A DNA stretch of 52,941 nucleotides. Source: a bacterium (GTDB lineage: Bacteria > Cyanobacteriota > Vampirovibrionia > Gastranaerophilales > Gastranaerophilaceae). Within the stretch, counting starts at the first letter, position 1. Each line of letters begins with the position of its first letter. The notes beneath the pieces were generated by a model, which saw only the letters and a program-made list of their open reading frames with translations, ran no database searches and was not told the DNA's origin. Position numbers and translations under genes: made by a program. Shown one piece after another: positions 52,740 through 52,941 of the stretch. The DNA lies in assembly GCA_017409065.1 (NCBI GenBank), contig JAFQTK010000107.1, positions 1 to 52,941 on the forward strand, read 5' to 3'.

Positions 52740-52941
52740 GCAATGGAGGGAAGAACCACCACGGTGGTGAGAATCACCTCTGCAAAAACAAGAAAGACTC
52801 CCGAAGGAGTCTTAAATGGTGGGCAGAGGTAAGGACTCCGTTGCGAATTAGGAAAAGGTGACTAAATGTCACGTTTTCCGTGTTTTTTACAAAATATTCT
52901 AAAACTCTATATATAGCAATGGAGGGAAGAACCACCACGGT

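Larger units (their letters stand above)
52595..52941 (+). repeat. tandem direct repeat, ~175-bp unit, at least 2 copies (second truncated by window end)
   Basis: Unit 1 is about 52596-52770 and unit 2 is 52771-52941. They are near-identical. The differences I see are three substitutions and a 1-nt length difference, all within the first ~55 nt of the unit. Confidence 0.95.

Noticed and set aside
52595-52941. CRISPR array at the right edge
   Set aside because: The period is ~175 bp with essentially the whole unit repeated, so there are no unique spacers. No short 25-40-nt repeat/spacer alternation is seen and no cas genes are nearby.

Overview
This is a visibly AT-rich, gene-dense bacterial chromosomal segment of 52.9 kb with about 50 credible protein genes on both strands. 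Many genes are joined by 1-4 nt overlaps (TAATG / ATGA). I found no rRNA, tRNA, CRISPR array, transposase or integrase. Confidently recognisable housekeeping genes are dusB, two tandem plsC-like acyltransferases, pilT, kdsA, radA, alr, a NarL/LuxR-type response regulator, addB/addA, dnaA, adhE and glmS. Also recognisable are a PHP phosphoesterase, a MenA/UbiA-type prenyltransferase, a radical-SAM enzyme, a two-HKD phospholipase-D/nuclease, GIY-YIG and HNH nucleases, a SIMPL protein, a DUF378 protein, two SLH-domain envelope proteins and four TPR proteins. SLH proteins together with KdsA (LPS), PilT and a pilin-like protein, fermentative AdhE and low GC fit an uncultured diderm anaerobe, for example a non-photosynthetic cyanobacterial relative (Melainabacteria/Vampirovibrionia). 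That placement is only a guess from gene content. The most interesting signals are: (1) A seven-gene complex-I-like operon (A-H-J-K-L-M-N order, 1152-8311) encodes only membrane-arm subunits. By eye it has lost most canonical proton-path acidic residues while staying fully open. (2) A ~175-bp tandem repeat at the right edge (52595-52941) has a promoter-like element, nested hairpins and an intrinsic terminator in each unit. This makes it a candidate tandem sRNA locus, and it is cut by the window end. (3) A ~291-codon reading frame (17280-18155) is interrupted by a single in-frame TAA. (4) Two paralogous SLH proteins have C-terminal regions that resemble the VirB10/TrbI barrel. (5) A histidine-kinase-like gene with degenerate H-box and ATP-binding motifs sits directly downstream of dnaA. 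(6) A repeat-saturated non-coding tract lies at the left edge (1-560). All homology calls come from by-eye motif recognition, and no search was run.
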